From Raja brachyura (Eukaryota): a stretch of DNA of 64,000 bases. Under the pieces are notes generated by a model that did no database searches, was not told where the DNA came from, and saw only the letters and a program-made list of their open reading frames with translations. The stretch is taken from contig OY740782.1 of NCBI GenBank assembly GCA_963514005.1, positions 76,198,001 to 76,262,000 on the forward strand, given 5' to 3'. Both the position numbers and the translations under genes were made by a program. Shown in pieces: positions 1 through 14,569 of this stretch; the first letter of the stretch is position 1; the number at the start of each line of letters is the position of its first letter.

Positions 1-1232
1 GACACTGTTATAGTTTCCAATAAAAGTCCTATAAAATTCCTAAGCATAACCATAAATGTAAAACATTTAATGAACCGGTGAAATTGAACACTGCAATAGA
101 ACACCATCATTTATTGCTTTGCGTTAAAAAGCATTTCTTATTGACTTTAGTCTTTTGTTATTCTCTTGGTATTGGTGAAAATGGGGCTATCTCCAAAATT
201 AAATGTTTTTCATGATAATATCCACTTCTTGACCTGTGAAGTGATTAAAAATAAATCTTCAAAAATAATTTTAAAAAACAATACTGAGCCATTTTCTAGT
301 TTTATTGATGTACAATAATCAGTTTCTCAGTAATGTATTGATGTGAGGATACTTCATTATGCCTCTATAAATGCTTTTGCGCCAGTAGATTTGGGCCTAA
401 CCCATGTGTTTAAATTGTGTTTTTTTTGTACTGGCTCAGCCAATTTAATCAGAATTTACAAATGTAACCAATTTGAAGAGCCTTCTTTCATCAGCATTTT
501 CAGCTGTATCTCCTTATGTCTGGCTGGGCCATGAACAGATATGGGGGAAGGTGAATAATATCGGAACATAAGGTTGCGGAAAACACAAGTTTGGGTGCTT
601 TTGGGGCTAACCTGCAAGTTTAAACTTCACCTTTTGTTGGCAATGCTTCTTTCGATTGCTGCAGCCCCTTTATAAGAGGCAATTCCACAGTGACATTAAG
701 TCAGGTGTTTCAAGACACAGTGATAAAGAAGGGAGACACAAGGAACTACTATCACAAAATGATCCAAACTGCTGGAGTACCTCAGCAGGTCTGATGCTAC
801 CTGATAAAGAAGGAAATGTGTTTTATTTCTGAATCAGGATAATGTGTGATTTGAAGTGGAGCCTGTTGCTTGTGGTGTTACCATGGGTTGGCTTGATCTT
901 TTTGGTGGCAGTATTCCATGGTGCAGGCGACACAGAGGGGACATACGTATTCTACATACGTGATTCAATTTAGATTTACGTCCAAAGGTACTTTATGTTT
1001 GAAAATCTTGGAGCCAAATTATTAAGGATAAATAATAACTTGAAATTAAACGTGACTTTAATAAACTGTTATGTGCCACAACTTCAGATATACAAGATTG
1101 CACTTTTGCAAACCTTGTTTATTTTGTTCACTGAGTAGTATTAGTTTCACCTTAAATATTAATGTGGATACCCGAGTTTGGAATTACCTTTCCTAATGTT
1201 GTTCCCAAGTAGTGCCAAAAGTAAGAGACTAA

Positions 1233-1971
1233 TGGGCCTGTCCCATTTACGTGACTTTTTAGGTGACTATAGGGAACTATGTGGTCACCACAAGGTCACC
1301 ACATGTTCGCCAGAGGTTGCCCGGGTGTTGCCTGCATGGTGGAGAGTAGTTCCCGCATTCTTGTAACTAGTTGAGGCTTCATTCTGGTTGCCGCTAATTT
1401 TTCAAGATGTTGAAAAATTACCGGCGACCAGAATTTTGACGCCATGGAGAGTAGTGAGAATTCTTGTGACGTAGGTGCAGTGGTAGTGGGTTGCCAGGAG
1501 GTCGTGGGTTGTCATAGGTTGTCGTAGGTTGTCGCCGGTGAATTTCGTTGGCTCATTGGGAAAAAAAAACCGTAAACAGTAGTTTTCAGAACCAAGAATA
1601 ACCGACCGGTAATGTTAATGTCCGCCGAGCTTCACAGCCATGTACTTCTGGCTTCTTAAAAGATGTCTCCACTGCTTCCCCACTCTTTTAAAGGACTGTG
1701 ACCCTTCACGAACACTGTGCTTTCACCGTCTTAATTACAGCGCCAACCTTCTTGTTCACATTGGCTTCGCACCATGTGAATTTCACTCAGACAGCGCTCC
1801 CCCTGCTTGCCCTGTCCCCCGCCTGCATAACTGGCTGATGAAGGAAGCGATGTATGTATGTGTGTTGCACTCTGACAGTTACTGTTCCAGTTGGTGGTTT
1901 TTCAGCGGCCTGCTATGACCCTGACAGTCGCCGGCAGTCGCCTGAAAAATTGCCTAAGTGGGACAGGCCCA
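1233..1971. mobile_element. PIF/Harbinger-type MITE (non-autonomous DNA transposon)
   Basis: TIRs TGGGCCTGTCCCATTTA ... TAAGTGGGACAGGCCCA, flanked by TAA on both sides (TWA TSD). The interior is homologous, in reverse orientation, to 40332-41648. Confidence 0.85.
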
Positions 1972-4900
1972 TAAGAATAGAGCATTGAAAGTCATCCAAA
2001 TAACTTTTATATATATTCCCTCTTTGCACCATCTCTTTTTTTTTGTAAAGTTAATCTTCATTGCAACGAGTTGTTATTTGACTTTATGAATTTATAATTG
2101 CTAAACTACTAAAGCTGCAATAATTATTTCAAAGGGCAATGTTTAGTGAAGGCTTTACTTTCTGCAGTTCTGCCAATCGAGATATGATAGGAATGTTTAA
2201 ATCAATTAGACAGGCTTGATCCACTGCCATTATATTTTGACCTGTTCTCATCAAAATCAGTTTCACAGCTGCATGGTGAATTTTAAGTTCAGCTTCCTTG
2301 GATTCTGCATTTTAATGTAGCCCCGCAGTGAGTTAAACGCAATTTACATAAATTCACAGCACCCCATGAGAAGGCACTATTTTGAATATCGAGGCCATTC
2401 CGGGCTGCGGTCCTCTCCTTACCTGAACAGAGAATTTTCAGTGGTTTGAGGGAGCAATACCTGACATTGCTTTGATAACCTCAGCTGCTCTGATTCACAC
2501 AGTAGTTAGTCGAATCCCTGGATAATATCATATTCAGCCCGGCTGACGTGAGAAAGTGATAGGGTCGCAGTTTGCAGCATAAGAACACCTCCCTTGGAAA
2601 GAGATGAGCCTATATTCAGTTTCAATCCAGCTTCTGCACTGAGGGCCAGGCTAATTAATTAGACATTTGTATGCACAAGAAAACATTTGATTATAAACAG
2701 AGATATGCATGTTTCTCAGGTAAATTTCTCCACTGTTGCCTATAATTGTTTTTTTCGATTCAACAAAATGTGGACTTAAGTAACATTAATGAAAATGAAT
2801 GCAGTATAGAACTTTATGTGTGCGATAAATTATCACTTTTTATTTTGATCTGCAGTAGTACAAAACCAGAAAGAAAATAAATTATTTTCCTATTAAACAG
2901 GTACACTTAAAGCATTCACCAAAGCCTAAAAACAGAAAGCTAAAGTGAATACTTAAAACAATTTCAGTGCTAGAAAGAAGGTGGGTTCAAAAATTGTGTC
3001 GGTATACTTGGAGACGCCAGCTGTACTGGAAATATTTCTGATATTTTAACCCCAATCCTCCAAAAAAAAAATTTGAAAGCAGGGCCACTGGGTGGCGCAG
3101 CTGATAGCGACAATTGCTTCATATTTTTGGGACTGAGGGAGACAATGGCTTCTCACAGGACCTGTTGTGACTTGTGGAAAGACACCTCCTGTTGCCTTGC
3201 ACTGCACCGTCATTCCGACTGTCAGGGGAAACTGATAGTGCAAGGCAGCAAGAGAGCACCTACCAGAGGGAATAAGAGAACATTTGGATTGAAACATTGT
3301 GTTGATGGAATTCTACTTATTGATTCATGTTTCAAGATGCAGAGACATGCTCCTATTTTCAGACCATTAAGTAGGAAATGAGTAATGGTGCATTATAGGT
3401 CATGAGTGTGGGTTTAGGCAAAATTGACCCATGATCTGCAAATAAAAAAGTCATGATGATTATTGCAAATCACAGGCACTAAGCAGATCAAAATAGTGGC
3501 CTGTAAGCGACTTGGATAATAATGCCCTCGTAGGTTTATGATTTTTATTAGGTTATGAATTCTTTAAACCATCATTTCCATAATTTTGGATGCTTTTGTA
3601 AAGTCTGCATAAATACGCATGCTTGAAGATTGATGTGGGAAATGGGGTTTGTTCTGAAAAAGGAGCAATTTTACCACCAAATAAAATTCAACAAACACAG
3701 AGAGGGTAACTGAACTCAGATATTTTGACAGAAACTTTGTATAACCATAATTTATTAGATGTATGATTTGATAACTATTTATATATCATGGATCTATTTT
3801 ATCACACGATTTATCACTAGCATTAGTTGCGGCCCATCTGTAAGCAAACAAAATTCAGAAAAAAATCCAAAAGCAAAACACGCAACGGAACATTTTTAAC
3901 AATTCTAATGGGAGTCTCCCCCTCCTTCCATTTTAAAAGTCGTATACACCAATTAGCAAAAAAACTAGAATATACTTGTTGCAATGCTGACAAACAGGTA
4001 AACATTCTGAACATGCATACAACAGATATTGTTCTATCTGTAACAAGATCCCTAATTTACAGTTATGCACAACTCTCCAGCTAAAATGAAAATCAATATA
4101 GCTCTCAGAAAATCCACTCTCTTTGCAATTTGGTTTTACAATGCTTTTGGCACTTGTGTAGAGGTAAGACTTCAAACATTAATAAGCAAGTAATATTCAT
4201 TAAGCTTTGAGGAACAGCAAAGAGCAATTACCAGGAAACTTAATTATGATATTCTTCTGGTCCAGTCAAATTTTATGTTCAGATTGATTACATTTTGCGC
4301 AGTAGAGGTGAATCAGCTGAATTAGAGAAAAAGCAGGATTTCTCTGGTTACTATTTAACAACAATGTAATTGTCTTTCAGTGTTTTTAATGCAAGCTCAA
4401 AACCATTCTGAACAGATATACTGTATTTATCATATTATTAGGATAAATCTTCTCCAGTGTATTAATAATGTAACAAATAGTGACTTGAGAGATCCGTACA
4501 CCAGGATGAGAGATTCTGCAGAAACCTTGCATTTAATAGAGGGACTGTCATTGTCATAAATTTCTCCCTGAATGGACGGCTGCCCAAATGGTTTGAAAAT
4601 ACAATTAAAATACCCTGTGTAAAGGCTGATTACTGGATGATTCAGTTGCTGGAATTGCGTTCCAAATAACATTTTTTATTTGTTTGCAGTCTCAATACAA
4701 AATCATTTTTGAACAAATAAATCAATTGGAAGCACCTGTATTAAATTCTCACTTTGCTATAGTAATTCAAATAATTGGTGTTTGTTTTCTTTAAATGCTT
4801 CAAAGCACTGGTAGATGCTGATGTCATTTTACTTCACAATACCACAACTCAGGAATCAGACTCTTTCTGTTGATGGTTTATGGTTTATGATTATCTTTTT

Positions 4901-7900
4901 TTTAAAACTAGAATTAGCAATGAAAGTTTATCCCCATTTTCAATGAACCTTCAGTTGGTACTGTGTGAAATACTAAATGCAGGTTTTGTGTATATCCTTT
5001 AAGTTCTAAACATAGGATTTTTTTTGTACCTGCTGTGACAATGTACCATATAAATATCTGATACCCTTGTTTCGGATTTTTATAAATATTTTATTAATTC
5101 GAAATTTATTTTTCCCAAATTGTCTATTTCTGATTTTAACAAATGGTTAATGATCATCATAAAGGTTTCTGAGATATGTACTTCATATAAATAATTCTCA
5201 AATATCTTTGATCGGTTCACTTGAGTGTGACTGTGAAACTATGTATTGTAAAAGTCTCAATAACAATTTAAAAAAATCTCAATTTCACTTCAGTTTCTTT
5301 AAGATAACATGGGTGCCATTGCAATACTTACCTCAATAGCTTTCTGCTTTGACAGAGTAAAGAAGCTTAAAATCCCACAAAACTAGGACTCAAACAAAAT
5401 TGGGACTACAAGATCAATTCCTCTTTATCCTATAGAACATGGGCTTATTGTATCACCGAGATCTCCTTTCCAAACTCCTCCTCAGAAGGTAAATTCTTGT
5501 GCTAATCTGCCCACATTGCCCACATTGCCTTTTTTTTCACTTCGTACATTATATGACATTGACTTCATGCATATTAATATTTGTCCTGAAGCTATTCTGC
5601 AGGCAAATATTTTCCCTTGCTTTTTCAAATATTATACTGGGATGAGCTTAGGTAAAAATGCTGGTGTTAGTTCTTGATTACTTTAACAATCAGCAAATCA
5701 CAGGGAAAGAACATTTAGCCCGCTGCATCTGTATGAGTACCGTGCTCATCACTGCAAAATGCCTTCTGTTTTTCAGAGTTGCATCAGCATATCAAATGTC
5801 ATAACAAACTGGAAAGATTTAAAGAATTGTCATTACCTGTGTTTTTAATGGTTATTCATTAGGTTAAATATGATTGCAAAATTAAAATGAACAAAACTTT
5901 ACTCCAGGTTCCCTGGAGACACTTAACATATCTTATAAAAAATACAGAAATGTTCTTGCAATGAAGTGGATGTTATTGAATAAGATCTTAAATTGATTAC
6001 AGAATTTTGGCAAGGATTATTTCCTTTATCAAATTTGCATTTAAGCAAATTTAAAATGAAACGTATAACCAAAGTAAGTTATATTGATTGAAGTTCTAAT
6101 AATTTGTATTAGAACTTATTTTCAACAAAAAAAGTAAAAGTGGCAGCCAAAGAAATGAAACCTTTTGCAAAGTACAAAATATAAATAGAACTACAATAGT
6201 AGCTATAGAACTAATATAAATATAATGCTGAATATGAAAAAAGGAATAATTTCATTTTGATAATGAAGTAAACATTTCCATCAATAAGGAGGTTCAAGAG
6301 ACTGGAGGATTGATATCCTAATAGATACAAAATATATTGTTGTTTCCATTCCACTGTATAAAACTGAAAATCCTCCTGTGTTCAATTATCTGTATCTACC
6401 TCACCCCGGAATCACACTGCAAAATCAGGTTCAGACTTAGGTTAAGAACATGCATTTACCTCAAGAATATTGGGTTGCACAAATATCCACACAATTAACA
6501 TCACTATATCAATAAGTATTATCATCAAGAGGTGTCAATCATGTTGCAAATTTAGCTTCAGGGAAACAAAACAATTTGAATTATAGTGTGGTCTTTTTAC
6601 ATGCCTTCCTTTAAATTGGATAATGATGGGGCTTTTCATTAGGTTTCTTGTGGTGTAATAGATTACAATATTCACCTTTTGACCTTGGTGATAAATGCTT
6701 CAAGTGAAAGTGCGTGGCAACCTGGTCTCTTGGTGAAGACAAGGTAGTTAAATAACTGTAAGTAACACTGGACTGCACGAAGACAAATATGCACCACATA
6801 CGGTATACTATGAACAAGAATACATCAGTACAGCAGAAAAGCAGTTCAGAAGACTGTTTTAATGCTGAATTTTTATTCTTTAGATAAATATGTATATTAT
6901 ATTTTATCTCAAATTTCTCATTTACATCAAGCATCCCTTTTAATCTTGAACGTTAACAAGGTTAATGATCCAATTATGTTTTTAACCTTTTAGAGTGCTA
7001 ATGGCCAGGAATAGAAGGAAAAGAAACAAGACAAAGGAAAGCAGAAAAACCAGCACCGACCACTTCAGATACATTTAAGACAAAATGATTTTACACATTG
7101 AAATATCACATATAAGAGATCATAAATTGTACTTTTTTGCTAAAATTATTTTAATTGACCATCCTATTTGCACATTTTGAAGATTATTTTGCTGAATGAT
7201 TGTTCGTGAATTAGTGGAAAAAGAGCCAAATATTTTGAAATAGGGGAAGCCGTAAGGCAGGTGACTTTTAGTTTGTAGATCTATTACTGTTTCTGAAGGA
7301 ATCTTGACTGTATTAAACTGTATGTTTTTGTGATTTTGTTAATATGTTACTCACATTCAGTACATACTCACCAGGGCTCCACTGCCAGCTCTGTCATAGG
7401 AATTTTCAGTGACATGGAAACGAAAATGAATTAAAAAACCTCACTGAACAAATCACTCTGGTGATTTGTATTTCAGTTTGTTAACCCAAATGTCTTTGTT
7501 TTTGCCCACTTAAATTAAAAGGGATTATAAAAACGCAGCCATTCTATCAGGGTAGCTCCACAGAATATAAAATATTGAAAGTGAACAGTAAAACCTCTCG
7601 ACAATGCCGCAGGATCATTTGACAAGAAATGGTCCCGTGGAACACTGCAATGTTTAGCTCTATTCCTTATCGTACCATTGCTGTTACCTGAAACTGTCAT
7701 TTCTTCCAATGACCAAATAGAGACCTGGTATGTTTGTGTTGCCCTGACACTGGAATGATTTCTGCCATGGATCCCCTGCTGTATCCTTTCCCTGATTGCA
7801 GTTGCCTTCCAGTCCTGATAGAGCTATTTAGACAAGATGAGTCCTGGAATGTCCACAATCAGCACTGCCCAACAGCCACATAAAAGCTTCCATTTTGTTG

Positions 7901-9456
7901 CTCCGATAAGGAGTCATGTTGGTGGTGGCTGTTTATCATTTTGCATTGTTCCTTGCAAGTTGGGACAATCCATTTGCCAGTGATCCCCTGTGTTCATGCA
8001 AACCTTTCATTATGAACTTGGTCAGATCAAATAATTCTGGGGAGATGCCAGCGCAGCGAGACTTCTAGCTATATCATACAGTCATGTCTGAAAGATATAT
8101 TGGATGAGTGCTTGGAGATTGCACACTGAGGAACCGTGTAGTGCAGCTGTAGGTCCCATTGCTGGCAATTATTTGTTTTACTGAAGCCAGTGGGGTTTAC
8201 TTTTCAACCACATCCTCTTTCTTTCTCCTCACACTCCACTCAACAAACTGCACTCCGAGCTTGTCAGAGTAAGTAGCTGCACTGCCAGTTGCTTTCCAAT
8301 CCTAAATTACCCTCTGCAGTCAAAGTAACGTAAGGTGAATAAAGCAGAGCTGGTCCAGAAAGGGGAGACTTCAGTACTGCAACCTGGCTGTGATCCATTT
8401 AATGCTTCCAGAATAAAACACATCCAATAAAAGCAAAAATACTCTGAGTGGCAGGTAACACTGGGAGGTAAGGTAAGGTAACACTCACCATCTGAGTGGG
8501 TAATATCAATGCATTCCAAAGAAAATGGCAGGTAACACTCACCATCTGAGACTCAAAACAGATGATTAACTACTTTGCTCAGCCACAGTACAGCCAGCTG
8601 TAAGTTGTTCTCAATGGTAGCCATGTTAATTCTGATGCTCGGGGAAAGGGATTGGAAACCCATTCAAGGATTTGAGCAGACAATCTCAATTTATTTTCTT
8701 AGATGCGTCACATTATTAAGTGAAATATTAAGTTGTGACATTGTCAAGTCTTTCGCAATATTTCAAATCAGAGTAAGAATGTTCTTCCAATTTTATTTTT
8801 GACCAATAGTTTTTTTTGTTTCATTTACTGTTTGTGGGATCTTCATGTTTTTCGTTTGACTGTCTATGTTTCTAGCCTTCAGTGGAGGTTGTATTTCAGG
8901 AAAAAAATCAAAGTTTGTGAAAAACTTTTGGACCTTGGATAACTAGGGCAGCCTATAAAATCCAAGGCTTTGCATTCTTCTTTCACTGTTTTATCACTTC
9001 TTAATTGTCGCACTCATGTGTACTCTGGTGCTGCAACGCCATTAAACCATCTTCTATTAAAACACACAGTGATGACATAAGCAAGACATAAGCAAAATAA
9101 AGAGAAATTACAGCAGTATATCAACATGATGCTTCATTGGGCAGCACTCTGCAGTAGAAAGACTCTAATTTCTGCTTGAGGCAAATAGCTTTGACAGGAG
9201 TGTTGAATGGGTAATATCAATCCATTCCAAAGAAAATGAAATTGCTCTGGAGGTTGGGGGTGTGTGATTCAAAATGCAATCATTTAACCCCCCTGGTTAA
9301 TTTGGAAATTCACCCCCATACATTCCAATTAGACCTCTGTTACAAATGGTGAAAGGAACCCAATATTTTCCTGGCAGCACATACCCACATCACATTGGTC
9401 AAGGTTGTGAATGGGATAGGCCAGGGAAATGGTACCTGATTTGTCTTCACAATAGT

Positions 9457-10235
9457 GATCACTTTGGTAGCAAAAACAGGAAGGCAGATTACTATCTAAA
9501 TGGTGTCAAGTTGGGAAAAGGGGAAGTACAACGGGATCTGGGGGTCCCTGTTCATCAGTCAATGAAAGTAAGCATGCAGCTACAGCAGGCAGTGAAGAAA
9601 GCGAATGGCATGTTGGCCTTTATAACAAGAGGAGTTGAGTATAGGAGCAAAGAGGTCCTTCTGCAGTTGTATAGGGCCCTAGTGAGACCACACCTGGAGT
9701 ATTGTGTGCAGTTTTGGTCCCCTAATTTGAGGAAGGATATTCTTGCTATTGAGGGAGTGCAGCGTAGGTTTACAAGGTTAATTCCCGGGATGGCAGGACT
9801 GTCATATGCTGAGGGAATGGAGCAGCTGGGCTTGTACACTCTGGAATTCAGAATGATGAGAGGTGATCTTATTGAAACATATAAGATTATTAAGGGTTTG
9901 GACATGCTAGAGGCAGGAAACATGTTCCCGATGTTGGGGTAGTCCAGAACCAGGGGCCACAGTTTAAGAATAAGGGGTAAGCCATTTAGAATAGAGACGA
10001 GGAAATACTTTTTCTCACAGAGAGTTTGTGGAATTATCTGCCTCAGAGGGCGGTGGATATTTTCAAGAGAGAGCTAGATAGGGCTCTTAATGATAGCAGA
10101 GTCAGGGGTTATGGGGAGAAGGCAGGAACGGGGTACTGATGGGGGATGATCAGCCATGATCACATTGAATGGCAGCGCTGGCTCGAAGGACCGAATGGCC
10201 TACTCCTGCACCTATTGTCTATTGTCAATTGTCTA
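9457..10235 (+). mobile_element. CR1 LINE, 5'-truncated 3' fragment (ORF2 C-terminus + 3' UTR)
   Basis: Translation contains HFGSKNRKADYYLNG...LYRALVRPHLEYCVQFWSP...RGDLIETYKII. Ends in a (CTATTGT)n tail. Confidence 0.93.
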
Positions 10236-11944
10236 TCTAGGAGATCTAAACAGTAATACCCGAACAGATTGTTCTTTTAAAATCAAAAATCAGACACCAA
10301 AAAGTGTTGGAAATGTGTAAGAAAGTCTTGCAAATGCTGGGAACCCCTTGCAGGCCAGGCAGCATCTGTGGAGAAATCTATTGTTCACATATATGTCTTT
10401 TTTATTTTCCCTTGAGTATGTCTTTTTATTGGTTGCCAAGAGAAACAGTGCCACATTTTAAATCTGTGCTGATCTGATAGTGTGAGGACAGATAACCTCA
10501 GTTTTGTCAAATATATTTCATAACCTTTAGCTGCTTCAGTGTTGGGCCGGAGAATACAGATTCTTTTGTTCCTTATGAAGGATATCATGATTTGGTTTAC
10601 AATCAAAATGCCAAAATTACTGTTTGTTGCTTTACAAACCTTGGAAATGCATAATATTGCATAATTCATTGTCAAAGCGCTTTCAGTTATCATGCTTTAT
10701 ACCTTCTTTCCCCGTGCAATTGTCTGTCTAATGTTTATTGTGTTTAGTCCCTCAGTGGTTGTAAATTGTGAAATAAACCATTAGACATGGCATTCTTAAC
10801 ATTCATGTTTATCACCTGAGCCGCATATATATTTTACTTAACCATACTGCCTAAACACAGTCCACTGACATAACTGTGTTTTGTGTTGGATGGTTTGATT
10901 CAGACAATAAATAGCCTGACAGGAATTTGTAACTCCTACTGCTTTAATCTGATCTGTTTCCATTTCTCATTTCTAATGTAGACATCAATATGAAAATGTG
11001 CTCCGAATGTGCTCCGAATGTTGTCCCAATTTCACAAAAGGAGGCATGCTGGCTTTATTTGATTCCAAGTGGCTAAGCTTGTTATTTGGTTTGTTAAAAC
11101 TGAAGCCTTTATGGTAAATTCCAGGCATGATATAATGAACACTGAATGCAAGGTACAATCCTTGAGGATTAACGGGGATGGGTGGGTGGGGCGGGGGGAG
11201 GGGTGGAGGAGGAAGAGGAAGGGTGAAGATTGGGAGACAGATCTCTGCAAGCACACTGTTCACTTGAGGAAATTGCTCGCAACACAAAAATAAACAAGCC
11301 CAAGAGGGAAGGAAGCAGGGTTAGGTGCATTTTCCGTTGGGTCCAAATATAGGTAACATCTGATGTGTGGGGAGTGCTTTGCGACAAAGCCTGCCATTAA
11401 GTTAGCAATTCACAACGATGATAGGCAAAGGAATTGTGGGAATAAAATGAAGCTGAATTTGGGGCTGAATTGTTGGGCATTGTCTTTACTTCGCAGCTGA
11501 TATTGTTCTGCTTAATCTTGGGAACACCCAATTAGATTGTATCCCATTCATCCCTCATTTTAACACTGAGAGCCTGCAACTTGTTACGCTTAGTGAAATA
11601 AAAACTAGGAGAAAGGGATTAATGGACGAAAGGATAAGGCTGCAATGTTCCATTCAAAATGTTCGGGGGGAAATGCCATGGAACCACTGGAGCAGATGGA
11701 TGTGTGGGGTGGAGAGGGACATTTTCTCATTACTGTGACTTGCAGCTTATTCTGCACAGCTGCTCAGGGCAAAGTAATTACATAATTGGTGGGTGTATGA
11801 GCCTACAGCTATGGATTGCCGCAGAACATCCTGCCTTCATATGTGTGAGAGCCTGAGATACAACTGTTCTGATCAACATTATTGATTTGGCAACGAGACT
11901 GAGTGCTGTTTTCCTTTCCAGCATGAGGCAAGACTGAAACCTCC

Positions 11945-12219
11945 AGTGCAGGGTTTCAACGCAAAATGTCGACTCTTCCTTTACCTCCATTGATGCTGCC
12001 TGAGCTGCTGGGTTCTTCCAACAGTTTATCTTTTACTTCAGATTCCAGAAACTGCAGTCTTCCCAAGAGTGAAAGCTATGACTTTTGTCTGGAGTCACAG
12101 GGGACTGGAGATAATGGCTTACAAAAACAAGATAAAAGTGCTGGAATAACTAAGATGGTCAGGCAGCATCTTCGGAGAACATGAATAGGCGACATTCCGG
12201 TAATGACCACTTCTTCAGA
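11945..12219. mobile_element. Two degraded PLE-derived hammerhead-type repeats, tail-to-tail
   Basis: Plus copy: GGGTTTCAACGCAAAATGTCGACT...GATGCTGCCTGAGCTGCTG. Minus copy: ...GGCAGCATC...GGCGACATTCCGG...CTTCTTCAG. Both resemble 21832-21930. Confidence 0.65.
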
Positions 12220-12988
12220 ACCCATTTAGAAACAGATTCAATTTGGCACTGAAGATGGAATTCATGGGAAATCAAGGAATAACCCAAGGATATTCTCCCC
12301 CAAATATTAGCCAATGCTGTGTTAGCAGGTAGAGGAGGTGGAAGATTTGAATGTTGTAATTTCTTTCAAATGCTAAGTCTGAGTTCTATGGACCTGTCCT
12401 GGAGTTAGACCCAATCCAGATTTGGGCATGCCTTACTCATTCATGTCCATTATTTACTGGGGAAAGAAAGTGAAAATACTTTAAATTAAATATGTTACTA
12501 ATGTGGTACTCTTGTTTTTCAGATGTTCATCTGTTTGGGGTGGGCAGTTCATGAATATCTGAGTGTTTTGTACATGCACAGAAGCTTAAGACCTTTATGT
12601 CATTTTTCTGTGGTGAGTGCTGGCATGGTGGTTTTGGTGAACGAGGTGGTCTTCTTTCCATGCTACATATTTACAATAATTGTAAAGACATTTCTCTAAC
12701 TTATGCTATGGAGCCACTGGAAGAATAAATACAAATTTCCATATAATCAAGATTAATATTTCTTGTACTTCTACTAGGATGGATAATTGGCTGGGTGCAT
12801 TCACAGCAGGATCATTACATGGCACCCTACCCACACTTGCCTAAGTTCTATGTCTATCTTAAATACTTTTATAACTAGTAAACTAAAGTATTCAAAAGAC
12901 ATTAAAAAATACACACATTTTCTTTAATGGGCCTTTGATATTCCTCTAATTTTGCTCACAGCTAGTTGCAAAATCACTTATCAAATAT

Positions 12989-14569
12989 CAACAATAAGAA
13001 TAGAGGTGGAGAGGCTTTTCAGGGGACAAAAAAGCCAGAAATCTCCAGGACCAGACAACATTTCCCCCTCGACTCTTAAGCTCTGTGCCAAACAGCTGGC
13101 ACCGGTCTACACAGACATTTTTAACCAGTCCCTGCAAACATGTACTGTTCCTGCCTGCTTCAAAGTCTCCACTATTGTCCCTGTACCAAAAAGGCAAGGA
13201 TTACTTGTCTTAATGACTACAGGCCTGTCGTACTGTCCTCTGTAGTCATGAAGACACTCGAAAGGCTTGTGCTGGCCAAGCTGCAAAATATCACAAACTC
13301 CCTGCTGGACCCTCTGCAGTTTGCATATCGGGCCAATAGATCCGTGGATGATGCAGTCAACCTGGGCCTGCACTTCATCCTACAGCACCTAGACCGCCAG
13401 GGGACTTATGCGAGGATCCTATTTGTAGATTTTAGCTCTGCATTCAACACCATTGTGCCAGAGCTACTACACTCCAAACTTTCCGAGTTGACTGTGCCTG
13501 AACCCCTCTGTCGGTGGATCACCAGCTTCCCGACAGACATGAAGCAGCATGTGAGGCTGGGAAAGCACATCTCGAACCCGCAAACACTCAGCATAGGAGC
13601 ATCGCAAGACTGCGTACTCTCTCCTCTCTTCTACTCTCTCTACACCAACGGCTGCACCTCCACAGACACCTCTGTCGAGCTTCTCAAGTTTGCGGACAAT
13701 ACAACCCTGATTGGACTGATCCAGGATGGGGAGGAATCTGCCTACAGACAGGAAGAGATACAGCTGGCGTCCTGGTGCCGTAGCAACAACCTAGAGCTCA
13801 ATGCTCTTAAGACAGTGGAATTGATTGTAGACTTTAGGAGAGCTCCCCCTCCCCTCACCCCACTCACCATCAACAACACCACAGTCATATCTGCGGCGTC
13901 TTTTAAGTTCCTGGGAACAATCATCTCCAAGGACCTTAAGTGGGGGGCGACCATCGACTCCACAGTCAAAAAAGCCCTACAGAGGATGTACTTCCTACGG
14001 CAGCTGAGGAAGCACAATCTGCCACAGGCAATGATGGTCCAATTCTATAGGGCCATCGTAGAGTCTGTTCTCACCTTCTCCATCATGGTCTGATTTGGCT
14101 CAGCCACCAAGCACGACACCTGGAGGCTGCAGCGAATCATCTGATCAGCAGAGAAGGTTATTGGCTGCAACCTTTCCTCCATTGATGAACTGTACACTGC
14201 AAGGTCCAGGAAGCGAGCAGGCAAGATCATCGCTGACCCCTCTCACCCTGGCCACAAACTCTTTGAATCACTTCCCTCTGGAAGGCGACTCCGGACTGTC
14301 AAAGCTGTCACAGCCAGACATAAAAACAGTTTTTATCCACGAGTAGTTGCTCTACACAACAGCCAAAAATCTGTAGCCTCCCTTTGATCTGGTATTTTGT
14401 TGGTTCACATGCTTAATCAATGGTGTTTTATCATTAATGTTTTATTATTATTAATGTTTAGTATTTTCTGAGTCATTCATAACTGTCACTGTATGTCATG
14501 TTGTTACTTGTGGGCAGAGCACCAAGGCAAATTCCTTATATGTGAATACTTGGCCAATAAACTTACTTA
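12989..14569 (+). mobile_element. Rex1/Babar-clade LINE, 5'-truncated and inactivated
   Basis: RT motifs KSPGPDNI, LDPLQFAYR, DFSSAFNTI. The catalytic motif reads FADN instead of FADD; there is a frameshift near 13190 and stops after 14090. 3' end AATAAACTTACTTA. Candidate TSD AAATAT at 12983-12988 and 14570-14575. Confidence 0.92.
13140..14093 (+). pseudogene. Reverse transcriptase fragment of the Rex1/Babar LINE
   Basis: 317-aa ORF with RT motifs; D>N change in the (Y/F)ADD box. Confidence 0.9.

Noticed and set aside
2415-2520. Strong minus-strand splice donor CAG/GTAAGG at 2423
   Set aside because: No polypyrimidine acceptor nearby, and all three upstream frames hit stops within ~90 nt.
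6975-7080. Possible terminal exon after TTTTTAACCTTTTAG (SANGQE* or VLMARNRRKRNK...)
   Set aside because: No recognisable protein match and no linked upstream exon; unsupported without RNA-seq.
7700-8020. Possible ancient LINE endonuclease remnants (also ~54700-54910 and ~60510-61200)
   Set aside because: Similarity is only impressionistic and too decayed to classify or delimit by eye.
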